From an uncultured bacterium (GTDB taxonomy: Bacteria; Omnitrophota; Omnitrophia; Omnitrophales; Aquincolibacteriaceae), in assembly GCA_964410905.1 (NCBI GenBank), contig CAYPIR010000002.1, positions 14,665 to 78,664 on the forward strand: a stretch of DNA of 64,000 nt. Direction: 5' to 3'. A model generated the notes under the pieces. It did no database searches. It was given only the letters and a program-made list of their open reading frames with translations, and was not told the DNA's origin. Of the stretch, positions 27,718 through 37,716 are shown piece by piece. Numbering within the stretch: the stretch's first letter is position 1; each line of letters begins with the position of its first letter. The position numbers and the translations under genes were made by a program.

Positions 27718-28458
27718 ATGAGAAAGGGTTTTTATTTTTCGACAGCGGCGTTTCCTAATTCTATAACGCTGCTTAATTTGGTTTCGGGATTTTTTTCTAT
27801 TTTAATGAGCATTCAAGGCAAATTTGAATTTGCTGTGTGGCTAGTCTTTTTAGCCTTGATACTTGATTCGCTGGATGGACATGTCGCGCGTATTTTTGGA
27901 AATGAGACTTTATTTGGCAGAGAATTGGATTCTTTGGCTGATGCTGTGTCTTTTGTCGTCGCTCCCGCTATGTTTGTTGTAGAAGTTTTCTTTTTCAAAG
28001 CTTCTCCAATTCTTTTGATGGTTGTTGTTTTTTACCTGTGTTCCGGAATTTTTAGACTCGCCAGATTTAATGTAAATCCAACTTGTAGCGGTTCATTTGA
28101 AGGGCTTCCAACCCCTGCCGCCGCGCTAGCTTTAATGATGACAATGCTTGCTATCCATAAAAATCTTTGGAGCGAACACTCGTCCTCGCTTATTTGTGTA
28201 GTTTTTTTGATGACGGCGCTCGGATTTTTAATGGTGAGCGATATTCCATATCCCAAAGTTTCAGCGATTAAATTTCGCACGTGGCGGACGCTATTTTTTG
28301 TTCAAGCCGCAGTTTTTGGGGTTACATGGATTTACACTAATGTTGAAAGCGCTATAGCCGCTATTTTTCTAACTTTTCTACTCCTTTCGCCTTTCTACTG
28401 CAATTTTACGCAGAGAGATAAAGATGAAGCAGAGGTTACTAGCGAGGGAGGGGCTTGA
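27718..28458 (+). CDS. pssA: CDP-diacylglycerol--serine O-phosphatidyltransferase
   Basis: CDP-alcohol phosphatidyltransferase motif DSLDGHVAR...G...LDSLAD in a multi-TM protein. Confidence 0.8.
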   Translation: MRKGFYFSTAAFPNSITLLNLVSGFFSILMSIQGKFEFAVWLVFLALILDSLDGHVARIFGNETLFGRELDSLADAVSFVVAPAMFVVEVFFFKASPILLMVVVFYLCSGIFRLARFNVNPTCSGSFEGLPTPAAALALMMTMLAIHKNLWSEHSSSLICVVFLMTALGFLMVSDIPYPKVSAIKFRTWRTLFFVQAAVFGVTWIYTNVESAIAAIFLTFLLLSPFYCNFTQRDKDEAEVTSEGGA

Positions 28459-29069
28459 TGCTTCTTGGCGTTTTCGTTGGTTTTCTTGCGTCTTTTTTGG
28501 GCTGGCAAATAGATCTGATCGTTATTCAACGCGGGATTCGCAGAGGAAAAGTCGCGGCGTTTTTGGTCGGTTGCGGAGCCGTGCTGGGCGATATTATTTT
28601 TTTATGGGTCGCGCTTACAAGTACGGAGCCTATCTTAGGGCATCCTGAGTGGTGGAAACTTATCAGATGGATTGGCATCGCAGTGCTTTTTATTTTGGCG
28701 GTTCGCGTTTATATGGACAGGGGAAATTCGCCAGAAGAAATAGAAAGAGTTAGTAAGCGAAACCCAACGCGAAATTTTTTGGTTGGTTTTTTAGTCGTTA
28801 TAACAAATCCTGCTGTTCTGCTTATATGGATTGGAGTTGTTGGATTTTTAAGAGCTAATTTTACAAATGAAACTGAAACCACATGGTTTAATGAGCTTTT
28901 TTTAGTAGGTTTTGCCGTTGGCGGAGCATTATGGTTTGCGCCCCTTGCTTTTATATTTTTAAAAAAATTGGAACATTGGAGCGAATCCAATCATCTGGTT
29001 ATCTCAAAAATCTCGTCATTTGTTTTGGTAGCTTTGGCGCTGCTTCTAATTTTCTGGGAAAAATTTTAA
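28455..29069 (+). CDS. LysE/RhtB-family small exporter
   Basis: Six TM helices of about 200 aa. TNPAVLLIW resembles the LysE-family NPK/NPA motif. Overlaps the pssA stop by 4 nt. Confidence 0.55.
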   Translation: MMLLGVFVGFLASFLGWQIDLIVIQRGIRRGKVAAFLVGCGAVLGDIIFLWVALTSTEPILGHPEWWKLIRWIGIAVLFILAVRVYMDRGNSPEEIERVSKRNPTRNFLVGFLVVITNPAVLLIWIGVVGFLRANFTNETETTWFNELFLVGFAVGGALWFAPLAFIFLKKLEHWSESNHLVISKISSFVLVALALLLIFWEKF

Positions 29070-29251
29070 ATTTATTCAAAAAGTCTTTTTTGAGCTTGTT
29101 GTTAGTGATTTGATTTGTTATACTCCTCCCGGAAAATTTTCCCCGAGGCTGCATTTTAAAATCTCTGGTCGGATTTTAACTCCTCGTTTTATTTGCATTT
29201 TTATTTTAGTAATCTGATTTTTCAAAACCATAAGAACAAAGAGGCGAATGA

Positions 29252-30472
29252 ATGTCTTTGTTTTCCAAAAAGAAAACGACAGCAAGCAAGAATACGGCTT
29301 CAAAACAAAAGTCGGATGCTAAAATTTCTTCTAAGAAAAAACAGAGAAATACTCCATTAGACAAAATTGTTCGCAAAGTTGCGGCGTTAATCAAAAATAA
29401 AAAAAGAACCGTTAGCAAATCTGAAAAACCCGCTCGGTTTTCTTCTTCAAAACCAACCGCTTCAAAACCAGCTGCTGTGCCGGCTAAAAAAAAATCTGAA
29501 AGTTCAAAAGCATTTCCACCGCCTATTGACCCGGCAAAAAAACAAATAGTAAAAAAAACTCGTAGCACCGTTCGCGTTAAAAAATCTGTGGCGGATTCTG
29601 AAAAAAAAGAAACTGCAAAAGCTATTATTCAACCACTGCCATTACCTCCGCAAGATTATGTTCCGGAACTTCCTGATAATTATGGCGACAATTTAATTTA
29701 TTTACTTGTCCGCGACCCATACGCAATTTATACGTATTGGGAAATTCAGCCTGACCATCAACAGGGGAATTTGGCGCTCCTCGGTGGAAGTTGGGACAGA
29801 GTTCGTTCGGTTTTGCGTATTTATGATACAACGGATGAAAGGCATAGACCGATCGTTAAAGACATTGTCCTCCGAGATATGGTTAGGAGTTGGTATATAG
29901 AGACAGAACCTAACCATAGCTATTTTGTTGAAATAGGGCTTTTGCATAACGATGGCAGGTATATCTCTCTTGCGCGTTCTAATCACGTAACAACGCCAAG
30001 ATCGGGAATGTCAGAAATTATTGATGAACAATGGATGTCGGTCGACTTCGATAAAATTTATGCCCTTTCAGGCGGATTCTCTGTAGGTAAAAGTTCGGAA
30101 GAATTAAAAAAATTGATGGAAGAGAGATTTCAAAACGCCATCACTTCCGGCTCTGGCGCGGGTGCGGTTTCCAGTCTTTCAAGCCCCGTAAAAATTAAGC
30201 CAAATAAACGCGACTTCAGATTTTGGCTTGAATGCGAACTTATTATTTATGGAGGAACAGAGCCTGACGCGAAAGTAACAATGCAAGGTCGCCCTGTCGG
30301 GCTTCGCCCTGACGGAACTTTTACGCTTCGTTATGGGCTGCCCGATGGCAAGTTTACTTTCAATTGCCGCGCTGAATCTGCGGACGGAATAGAAGAAAGA
30401 ATTATCACACCTATCATAAGCCGAAATACAGAAAGGCCTTCGCCAATTTTTAAGGCGGGAAAGAAAAAATAG
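29252..30472 (+). CDS. DUF4912-like protein with lysine-rich (histone-H1-like) N-terminal tail
   Basis: The first about 130 aa are K/S/A/P-rich low complexity. The C-terminal domain (DNYGDNLIYLLVRDPYAIYTYWEI...) resembles the DUF4912 family that typically precedes GH57 enzymes. Its stop lies 2 nt before the GH57 ATG. Confidence 0.5.
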   Translation: MSLFSKKKTTASKNTASKQKSDAKISSKKKQRNTPLDKIVRKVAALIKNKKRTVSKSEKPARFSSSKPTASKPAAVPAKKKSESSKAFPPPIDPAKKQIVKKTRSTVRVKKSVADSEKKETAKAIIQPLPLPPQDYVPELPDNYGDNLIYLLVRDPYAIYTYWEIQPDHQQGNLALLGGSWDRVRSVLRIYDTTDERHRPIVKDIVLRDMVRSWYIETEPNHSYFVEIGLLHNDGRYISLARSNHVTTPRSGMSEIIDEQWMSVDFDKIYALSGGFSVGKSSEELKKLMEERFQNAITSGSGAGAVSSLSSPVKIKPNKRDFRFWLECELIIYGGTEPDAKVTMQGRPVGLRPDGTFTLRYGLPDGKFTFNCRAESADGIEERIITPIISRNTERPSPIFKAGKKK

Positions 30473-30474
30473 CT

Positions 30475-32052
30475 ATGGAAAAAGGTTTTCTTTCCATAGT
30501 CCTTCACGCGCACCTTCCATTTGTCCGCCACCCCGAACATGATTTTTTTTTAGAGGAAAGCTGGCTTTACGAAGCGATTACTGAAACATATATTCCGCTG
30601 ATTCATATGTTTGAGGGTTTAGAGCGTGATGGCGTTCCGTGGCGGCTGACAATGTCGCTTACTCCTTCTCTTATGTCAATGCTGCGTGATGAACTCTTGC
30701 AAGAGAGATACATCAAGCATATTGATAAACTTATTGAGCTTTCCAGCAAAGAAATTGAGAGAACTCGTTTTATGCCAGATTATCACGAGACGGCTCTCTA
30801 CTATTATTGGGAATTTACTCGTGCCAAAGAAACGTTTGAAAAACATTACGGAAGAGATTTGACGAAAGCTTTTCGTAAATTTCAAGACGCCGGAAAATTA
30901 GAAATCATCACATGCGGAGCGACTCACGGATTTTTACCGCTAATTAGTAGAAATGAAGGAGTTGTCCGCGGACAAATTAAAACAGCTGCCGATCTTTACG
31001 AAAAAGTTTTAGGCTGCAGGCCTAGAGGAATTTGGCTGCCTGAATGCGGATTTTATGCGGGAGTTGACAAATATTTAAAGGAGCAGGGAATTAAATACTT
31101 CTTAACGGACACTCACGGGATATTGCACGCCTCGCCGCGTCCCAAATACGGTGTGTTCGCCCCAATATTTTGTCCAAGTGGAGTTGCCGCGTTTGGACGG
31201 GATGTGGAATCTTCCAAACAAGTTTGGTCAGCAATAGAGGGTTATCCGGGGGATCCGGACTATAGAGAGTTTTATAGAGATATTGGCTTTGAACTGGATT
31301 TCGACTATATCCGCCCTTACATCGCGCCTGACGGACTTCGTATTAATACTGGAATTAAGTATTACAGAATAACGGGAAAGACGGAGCATAAAGCACCATA
31401 TGTTCGTTCGTGGGCTATGCATAAAGCTGCAAGCCATGCTGGAAACTTTATGTTCAACCGTGAAAAGCAGGTTGAATACTTATTTGATTTCATAGGTCGT
31501 AAGCCTTTGATTGTCGCTCCGTATGACGCTGAACTTTATGGACATTGGTGGTATGAAGGTCCTGATTTCCTAAACTTTTTCATACGCAAGGTTGCGTATG
31601 ATCAAAAAACTTTTAGGCTTATCGCGCTGCCGGATTATTTTAAAGAATATCCCGTTAATCAAATTTCAACGCCGAGTTTTTCAAGCTGGGGCTATAAAGG
31701 CTACAGTGAGACTTGGCTTTCTGGCGTGAATGATTGGATTTATAAGCATCTGCACAAAGCTTCGCTTAGAATGACCGAGCTTGCCGGACGGTATCGCGGG
31801 CAAAACGGAACTACAGCGAGGGCTTTAAAGCAAGCCGCTCGTGAACTTTTTCTAGCGCAATCAAGCGATTGGGCATTTATTATGCATACAGGAACTATGG
31901 TTCCGTACGCGGTGAAGCGCACCAAAGTTCATTTGTCGAATTTTACGAGAATTTACGATGATTTGACGAAAGGTAGAATGGATGAAAGTTGGCTGAGCGA
32001 GCTGGAGCGGAAAAATAATATTTTTCCAGATGTGGATTGTAGTGTTTTTTAA
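30475..32052 (+). CDS. GH57-family 1,4-alpha-glucan branching enzyme
   Basis: N-terminus LSIVLHAHLPFVRHPE...ESWLYEAITETYIPLI matches the GH57 (DUF1957) signature of TK1436-type branching enzymes. Confidence 0.85.
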   Translation: MEKGFLSIVLHAHLPFVRHPEHDFFLEESWLYEAITETYIPLIHMFEGLERDGVPWRLTMSLTPSLMSMLRDELLQERYIKHIDKLIELSSKEIERTRFMPDYHETALYYYWEFTRAKETFEKHYGRDLTKAFRKFQDAGKLEIITCGATHGFLPLISRNEGVVRGQIKTAADLYEKVLGCRPRGIWLPECGFYAGVDKYLKEQGIKYFLTDTHGILHASPRPKYGVFAPIFCPSGVAAFGRDVESSKQVWSAIEGYPGDPDYREFYRDIGFELDFDYIRPYIAPDGLRINTGIKYYRITGKTEHKAPYVRSWAMHKAASHAGNFMFNREKQVEYLFDFIGRKPLIVAPYDAELYGHWWYEGPDFLNFFIRKVAYDQKTFRLIALPDYFKEYPVNQISTPSFSSWGYKGYSETWLSGVNDWIYKHLHKASLRMTELAGRYRGQNGTTARALKQAARELFLAQSSDWAFIMHTGTMVPYAVKRTKVHLSNFTRIYDDLTKGRMDESWLSELERKNNIFPDVDCSVF

Positions 32053-32081
32053 AATAACTTCATAAAAAGAAAGGAACTGCT

Positions 32082-32294
32082 ATGCAAGAGCAATATTACG
32101 GAATTGGTGAAACGGCTGGAAAAATTTATAAAACTTTAGAAGCAAAAGGAGAAATGACTATCCCTAAACTTCTTAAGGCGGTTGGAAAAGATGAGGCTCT
32201 CTTTTACCAAGCGATTGGTTGGCTAGCTCGTGAAAACAATATTAACTTTGGCAAGGTCGGGAAGTTTGTTAAAGTTTCTCTTTTGAAAGCCTAG
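32082..32294 (+). CDS. Small winged-helix protein (paralog of 24513..24716)
   Basis: GIGETAGKIYKTLEAKGEMTIPKLLKAVGKDEALFYQAIGWLARENNI matches the first copy in both length and motif. Confidence 0.55.
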   Translation: MQEQYYGIGETAGKIYKTLEAKGEMTIPKLLKAVGKDEALFYQAIGWLARENNINFGKVGKFVKVSLLKA

Positions 32295-32434
32295 CTCAAA
32301 TAAAAAGTTTGTATTAGCTTTTACGGCGAAGGAGCTTTGTTCTTAGGAACAAATAATATGCTTCTTCGCCGTTTGTTTTATTAAGCAAAAAGTTGAAAAT
32401 ACCGATAATACAATCGGGAGTTTGCTTACTTATG

Positions 32435-33907
32435 AAAAAAAATCCGCATCTTTATGAAACAAACGCGTTTTTCTTTCTTTCTCGAATGATTGAAAAATAT
32501 GGCAGGCGTTTGACTCTTCTTACCATTCCCAATGATGAATGGAAATCAATAGCGAAACTTGGATTTGACTATATTTGGTTGATGGGAGTTTGGACAAGAA
32601 GCCCTGAGAGCGCAGACCATGCCATCAAAGAACCTAGCCTCAGGCATTCTTACGATATGGTTTTACCCAAATGGACGGAAGATGATGTAAAGGGCTCTCC
32701 TTACGCTATTTATGATTATGTACTTGATCCTTTTTTAGGCAGACCTGAAGATTTATTGCAACTGAAATTAAAATTGAATGGAATGGGGCTTCATCTTATT
32801 CTTGACTTTGTTCCCAATCATTTGGCGGTTGATCATGTTTGGACGGAAACGCGCAGCGAGATTTTCGTTTCGGCAACGGCAGAAAGAGCTAAGGAAAATG
32901 CTGATTGGTTTTTTACAACAGCAGCAGGAAAAAAAATCGCACATGGACGAGACCCTTATTTTGCTCCATGGATTGATACGGCGCAGATTAATTTCTGGTC
33001 AAAAGCAGCTCGAGAAGCGGCTCTGAAAACACTTCTTAATATAGCCCGTGTTTCAGACGGCGTTAGATGTGATATGGCAATGCTTGCTTTAAACGAGATT
33101 TTTGAAAAAGTTTGGGGCAGTTGCGTAAAAGAGTCACGACCTAAAATGGAGTTTTGGACGGAGATAATCTCATTGGTGAAAAAGATCGCGCCCAATTTTA
33201 TTTTTATTGGTGAAGTTTATTGGGACATGGATTGGAAACTTCAGAGGCTTGGTTTCGACTATACTTATGACAAAAAATTTTACGACAGATTGTTTTATGA
33301 TTCCCCAATACAAATTCGTGAGCACTTGAAAGCCGATTCATCATACGCAGACAAATGTTTGCGCTTTGTTGAAAATCATGATGAAGAACGTTCCGCCGTC
33401 ATTTTTGGGAAACAAAAAGCGATAGCGGCGGGGATTATAACTTCCACGATCCCTGGACTTAGATTTTTTTATGACGGACAAATGGAAGGCCGAAGAATTC
33501 GTACGCCGATACATTTATGTCGAGAGCCTAAGGAACCCGTAGACAAAGAAACATCGCAAATATATAAACATCTTTTGCAATTTATAAAAAATTCCGTTAC
33601 GCATGAAGGCGAATGGACTCTTCTTGAAACATCACAGGCTTGGGATAAAAACGAAACTTATCCAGCAATTTTATCGTGGCTTTGGGGACAAGGCGAGGAT
33701 TGGAAACTTGTAGTTGTTAACTATTCACTCATTCGCGCTCAAGCATATATTCATTTACCAGATTTTTTAAACCGTAAATGTTTTATTCAATTCAAAGACG
33801 TGCTGACGGACAAGCTGTATGATCGAACAGGTGAGGAACTTTTCAGAAAAGGTCTTTACACTGATTTGCAGCCTTGGCAAGCGCATCTATTTGATTTTAA
33901 AGCGTAA
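32435..33907 (+). CDS. GH13 alpha-amylase-family glucan-active enzyme
   Basis: GFDYIWLMGVW, ILDFVPNH (GH13 region I) and FVENHDE (region IV). Start placed at the first ATG; the longer TTG-initiated ORF from 32393 is also possible. Confidence 0.75.
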   Translation, partial: KKNPHLYETNAFFFLSRMIEKYGRRLTLLTIPNDEWKSIAKLGFDYIWLMGVWTRSPESADHAIKEPSLRHSYDMVLPKWTEDDVKGSPYAIYDYVLDPFLGRPEDLLQLKLKLNGMGLHLILDFVPNHLAVDHVWTETRSEIFVSATAERAKENADWFFTTAAGKKIAHGRDPYFAPWIDTAQINFWSKAAREAALKTLLNIARVSDGVRCDMAMLALNEIFEKVWGSCVKESRPKMEFWTEIISLVKKIAPNFIFIGEVYWDMDWKLQRLGFDYTYDKKFYDRLFYDSPIQIREHLKADSSYADKCLRFVENHDEERSAVIFGKQKAIAAGIITSTIPGLRFFYDGQMEGRRIRTPIHLCREPKEPVDKETSQIYKHLLQFIKNSVTHEGEWTLLETSQAWDKNETYPAILSWLWGQGEDWKLVVVNYSLIRAQAYIHLPDFLNRKCFIQFKDVLTDKLYDRTGEELFRKGLYTDLQPWQAHLFDFKA

Positions 33908-34013
33908 TGGACGAGGACGGCGAAGCAGACTAGAGTTCATTTAAGCCGAAACTTTTGCGACAATTATGAAATTGAGTATTAGTAATAAATACTAAAGAAA
34001 ATAGGAGTTTTGT

Positions 34014-36518
34014 GTGGCGAATAAAAAAAATACAATGAATAGAAAAATAAATCGAGCAAATGTTTCTGATCCTTGGCATATAACCTCTAAAGACATGACC
34101 AAAGACGGAATAAAAGAATCATTTGCTGAACGCCTTGAATATGGACTCGCGAAGGACCAATACACGGCAACCAAACATGACAATTATATGGCGCTTGGAA
34201 TGACGCTTCGGGACCGTTTGACAGAACGTTGGATAAAAACTCAGCAGCAGTATCACAAAAAAAATTCCAAACGAGTCTATTACTTATCGCTTGAGTTTTT
34301 GATTGGCCGTTTGCTGGGCAGCTCAATTTTGAATCTGGGACTTTGGGATAAAACTTATCAAGCTATGGAAGAATTTGGTCTCGATGTTGAAGCCCTTCGC
34401 GAAGAAGAAGTTGACGCGGGACTTGGTAACGGAGGGTTAGGGCGTTTAGCGGCGTGTTTTCTAGATTCACTTGCTACTTTAGGCGTGCCGGCCCACGGTT
34501 ATGGAATTCGTTATGATTATGGAATTTTTAATCAAAAAATCGTAAATGGGTTTCAAGTTGAAACTCCTGATGAATGGTTAAAGCAGGGAAACGCATGGGA
34601 GTTTGCCCGTCCTGAATATGCCAGGCCAATACAGTTTTATGGTGAGACGCATATGTATCACGACAAACAAGGAAATTTACGGGTGGCATGGCTCAATACA
34701 GAAAATGTAGTGGCGATGCCATATGACATCCCAATTTCAGGATATAAAAATGATAAGGTTAACACTCTTAGACTTTGGTCTGCGCGAGGTTCTGAAGAGT
34801 TTGATTTTAAATATTTTAACGATGGCGATTATGAACGCGCGATTTATGCCAAAATGTTTTCAGAAAACATCTCGAAAGTTCTTTATCCAAACGACGCCAC
34901 ATCAATGGGTCGTGAACTTCGCCTAAAGCAAGAATACTTTTTTACCGCGGCGTCAATTGCTGACATTATTAGGCGTTTTAAAACGGATAACGCAATACTT
35001 GCGAATTTTCCCGACAAAGCTGTGATTCAACTAAATGATACGCATCCGGCATTAGCGATAACGGAGTTTATGCGGATTTTGCTGGACGAAGAACAAGTTG
35101 ATTGGGATACGGCGTGGGATATTACTACTCGTTCCTTCGCATATACGAATCATACGGTTATGCCCGAAGCTCTTGAAACTTGGGCAGTTCCGATGTTTGA
35201 AAAAATACTTCCTCGACATATGCAAATTATTTATGAGATTAACGCCAGATTTTTAAAAATTCTTGCGACGGAATATCCTGGAGATGGCGATCGCATGGCG
35301 CGAATGTCATTAATAGAAGAAAGCGGGATAAAAAAAATCAGAATGGCGTATCTCGCAATAGTAGGCTCTTATTCCGTGAATGGCGTTTCAGCACTTCATT
35401 CGGAGCTTTTAAAAACGCAACTCTTCAAAGATTTTTATGAAGTTTTCCCCAAAAAATTCAATAATAAAACAAATGGAATATCTCATCGCAGATGGCTTAT
35501 CAAATCCAACCGCCTTTTGTCACAACTTTTGGACGAGGCGATTGGGCTCACTTGGGATAAAGATTTAACGGAGCTAAAAAAACTAGTGCCTCTTGCCAAA
35601 GATAAACTGCTTAAGAAAAAGTGGCGGCAAGTGAAATTGGAAAATAAAAAAGTTTTGGCGGCAATAATCAAAAAACAAACGGGCGTGGAGGCGGATTTGG
35701 AATCGATGTTTGATGTCCAAGTCAAGCGTCTTCATGAATATAAACGGCAAACTCTTTTTATCCTCTATGCAATCTCGGAGTATTTGAAATTGCGTAAAAA
35801 TCCAGATGCCGATGTAGCCGCTCGGACATTTATTTTTGCAGGCAAAGCGGCACCCGGATATTTTATGGCGAAGCTCATAATTAAGTTTATAAACGCGGTT
35901 GCTAGCGTCGTGAACAATGACAAAACAATTAAAAATAAAATTAAGATAGTGTTTTTGGAAAACTATCGCGTATCGCTTGCCGAGAAAATTTTTCCCGCGA
36001 GTGATTTGTCAGAACAAATTTCTACGGCTGGGACCGAGGCATCGGGGACGGGCTGCATGAAGTTTATGATGAACGGCGCGCTCACAATTGGAACCCGTGA
36101 TGGAGCAAATATTGAAATAGCCGAAGAAGCGGGAGAAGAAAATGTTTTTATGTTTGGAATGACTGCGGATGAGGTTTTGGCGTTAAAAAAACAAGGCTAT
36201 CATCCCGAGTACTTTATTGCGAAATCGCCGCGCTTGAAAGAAATCTTGGGAAAAATAAATGATAACTTTTTTTCGCCTATGGAATTTGATATTTTTAAAC
36301 CGCTGGTAGACAACTTATCTCATTTTGACCCATATATGGTTTGCGCCGATTTTGAGGCTTACTGCGCTGTTCAAGATAAGATTTCCAAAGAATATCAAAA
36401 TCAAGACGCGTGGACAGAAAAAGCAATTTTGAATGTCGCTCGTTCGGGTAAATTTTCAAGCGATCGCACAATAGAAGAATACTGCCGCGATATTTGGAAT
36501 GTTAAAGTTGAAAAATAG
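34014..36518 (+). CDS. glgP: Glycogen/alpha-glucan phosphorylase
   Basis: Pyridoxal-phosphate site EASGTGCMKFMMNGALTIGTRDGANIE plus a typical N-terminus. GTG start with RBS AGGAG. Confidence 0.9.
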   Translation: MANKKNTMNRKINRANVSDPWHITSKDMTKDGIKESFAERLEYGLAKDQYTATKHDNYMALGMTLRDRLTERWIKTQQQYHKKNSKRVYYLSLEFLIGRLLGSSILNLGLWDKTYQAMEEFGLDVEALREEEVDAGLGNGGLGRLAACFLDSLATLGVPAHGYGIRYDYGIFNQKIVNGFQVETPDEWLKQGNAWEFARPEYARPIQFYGETHMYHDKQGNLRVAWLNTENVVAMPYDIPISGYKNDKVNTLRLWSARGSEEFDFKYFNDGDYERAIYAKMFSENISKVLYPNDATSMGRELRLKQEYFFTAASIADIIRRFKTDNAILANFPDKAVIQLNDTHPALAITEFMRILLDEEQVDWDTAWDITTRSFAYTNHTVMPEALETWAVPMFEKILPRHMQIIYEINARFLKILATEYPGDGDRMARMSLIEESGIKKIRMAYLAIVGSYSVNGVSALHSELLKTQLFKDFYEVFPKKFNNKTNGISHRRWLIKSNRLLSQLLDEAIGLTWDKDLTELKKLVPLAKDKLLKKKWRQVKLENKKVLAAIIKKQTGVEADLESMFDVQVKRLHEYKRQTLFILYAISEYLKLRKNPDADVAARTFIFAGKAAPGYFMAKLIIKFINAVASVVNNDKTIKNKIKIVFLENYRVSLAEKIFPASDLSEQISTAGTEASGTGCMKFMMNGALTIGTRDGANIEIAEEAGEENVFMFGMTADEVLALKKQGYHPEYFIAKSPRLKEILGKINDNFFSPMEFDIFKPLVDNLSHFDPYMVCADFEAYCAVQDKISKEYQNQDAWTEKAILNVARSGKFSSDRTIEEYCRDIWNVKVEK

Positions 36519-36564
36519 AAATCTAATGAAGAAAAGATAAAGGACAAATGACGTTGTCTGACAT

Positions 36565-36588
36565 AAACAAACAAACAAACAAACAAAC
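36565..36588. repeat. (AAAC)6 tetranucleotide microsatellite
   Basis: aaacaaacaaacaaacaaacaaac read directly. Intergenic, just downstream of glgP. Confidence 0.9.
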
Positions 36589-36720
36589 AGATTCTCTGAT
36601 GTAAAATTTCCCAAGCGACAATTCTCGCCTGTAAATAACCAATCTTTAAGTAGTTTCCACAATCTTCAAAAATTAATTTCTGAAATTCCGCAAAACGTTA
36701 GACCTGACAAGTTTGCAAGA

Positions 36721-37461
36721 GTGAAATTCATCATAGCTTCAATCATATGCTGGTTTGTGCCGTCTAAAACCTTACGAAGAAAAATAAAAGCTAAAATAGC
36801 GTTCCCAATACCGACAAGCGATAAACAACGATTAGAACTTATAGAAAAACATTTTCCCAAACTTGAAATAAAAAAGATTTTATGGGAGCAAGGGCTATGC
36901 AACAGAGTAGCTATGATTAATGACCTTTTTGTATTCCGTTTCCCTATGCATGTTTCAAGGCTTAAGGCGTATTATCGACTTTTTGAAGAGCCTCTTTTTT
37001 CGGATTTTTTTAGAGACAAATTTGGAAATCTTGTCCAGAAAATCGCCATTGTTGGCGACGACAAGTACGTTCCTTTTTTAGTAAATAATTTTATTGAAGG
37101 TAAAATGCCCGACCTTGATTTTTTAAGTAAAAATAACGAATGTTTAGAAAGATTTTCTAAGCAGCTGGCGATTTTCTTTAGAGAATGCCATTTGCTTACA
37201 TGTGATGATGTTCTTGATTTTTTTATCAAAAACAAAAGGACTAAACGAGACTTGCAAAATGCATGTTTTTGCAGACGCTTCACTCGGAGAAAAAACTATG
37301 GAATGGTGAGGTGTGATTTTTTAAATGTAATAGTAGATGAAAAATATAATATTGTTGGCGTCATTGATTTAGAGGCTTTTCAATACAAAAAAATCAGTTC
37401 AGAGATAAAGGCCTTGAGAGATGTGCCCATTATTTATGATAAAGCGATGAAATATTATTGA
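36721..37461 (+). CDS. Putative phosphotransferase-family (APH/choline-kinase-like fold) protein, degenerate catalytic loop
   Basis: C-terminal MVRCDFLNVIVDEKYNIVGVIDLEAF resembles the HGDxxxxN...IDxE kinase motifs of APH-family enzymes, but with Arg in place of the usual His. GTG start. AT-rich codon usage. Confidence 0.45.
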   Translation: MKFIIASIICWFVPSKTLRRKIKAKIAFPIPTSDKQRLELIEKHFPKLEIKKILWEQGLCNRVAMINDLFVFRFPMHVSRLKAYYRLFEEPLFSDFFRDKFGNLVQKIAIVGDDKYVPFLVNNFIEGKMPDLDFLSKNNECLERFSKQLAIFFRECHLLTCDDVLDFFIKNKRTKRDLQNACFCRRFTRRKNYGMVRCDFLNVIVDEKYNIVGVIDLEAFQYKKISSEIKALRDVPIIYDKAMKYY

Positions 37462-37554
37462 TTTTTCCTGCCGCATACTGATATTCTCTGCCTACCTCCT
37501 TGCAGTTATTTCAAAAGCTGCGGAGTTTATTTTAAAAATCGTGAGGGATATAAA

Positions 37555-37716
37555 ATGAATTGGGCGTGTCCGCATCTTGAAAATGATTTTTGTAAAAAGT
37601 TGAAGACTATATGCCAACCGACACAAAAGGGCTGCGAGCTTCATGGTAAAGTCCGAGTAAGCGTTCCCGCAAAAATAAAAGATAAAAACTCAGAGAAATA
37701 TAATGGCAGTAAATAA
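37555..37716 (+). CDS. Small Cys-rich ORF (53 aa), translationally coupled to the radical SAM gene
   Basis: RBS GAGGGA 6 nt upstream of the ATG. MNWACPHLENDFCKKLKTICQPTQKGCELHGKVRVSVPAKIKDKNSEKYNGSK has Cys at positions 5, 13, 20 and 27. Its 3' end overlaps the radical SAM start by 14 nt. Not in the ORF track because it is under 60 aa. Confidence 0.4.
   Translation: MNWACPHLENDFCKKLKTICQPTQKGCELHGKVRVSVPAKIKDKNSEKYNGSK

Noticed and set aside
29206-29568. 120-aa minus-strand ORF opposite the lysine-rich N-terminus of the DUF4912-like gene.
   Set aside because: It is the mirror image of the low-complexity AAA/AAG-rich sense sequence (yielding F-rich nonsense). The sense gene has a good RBS and is coupled to GH57.
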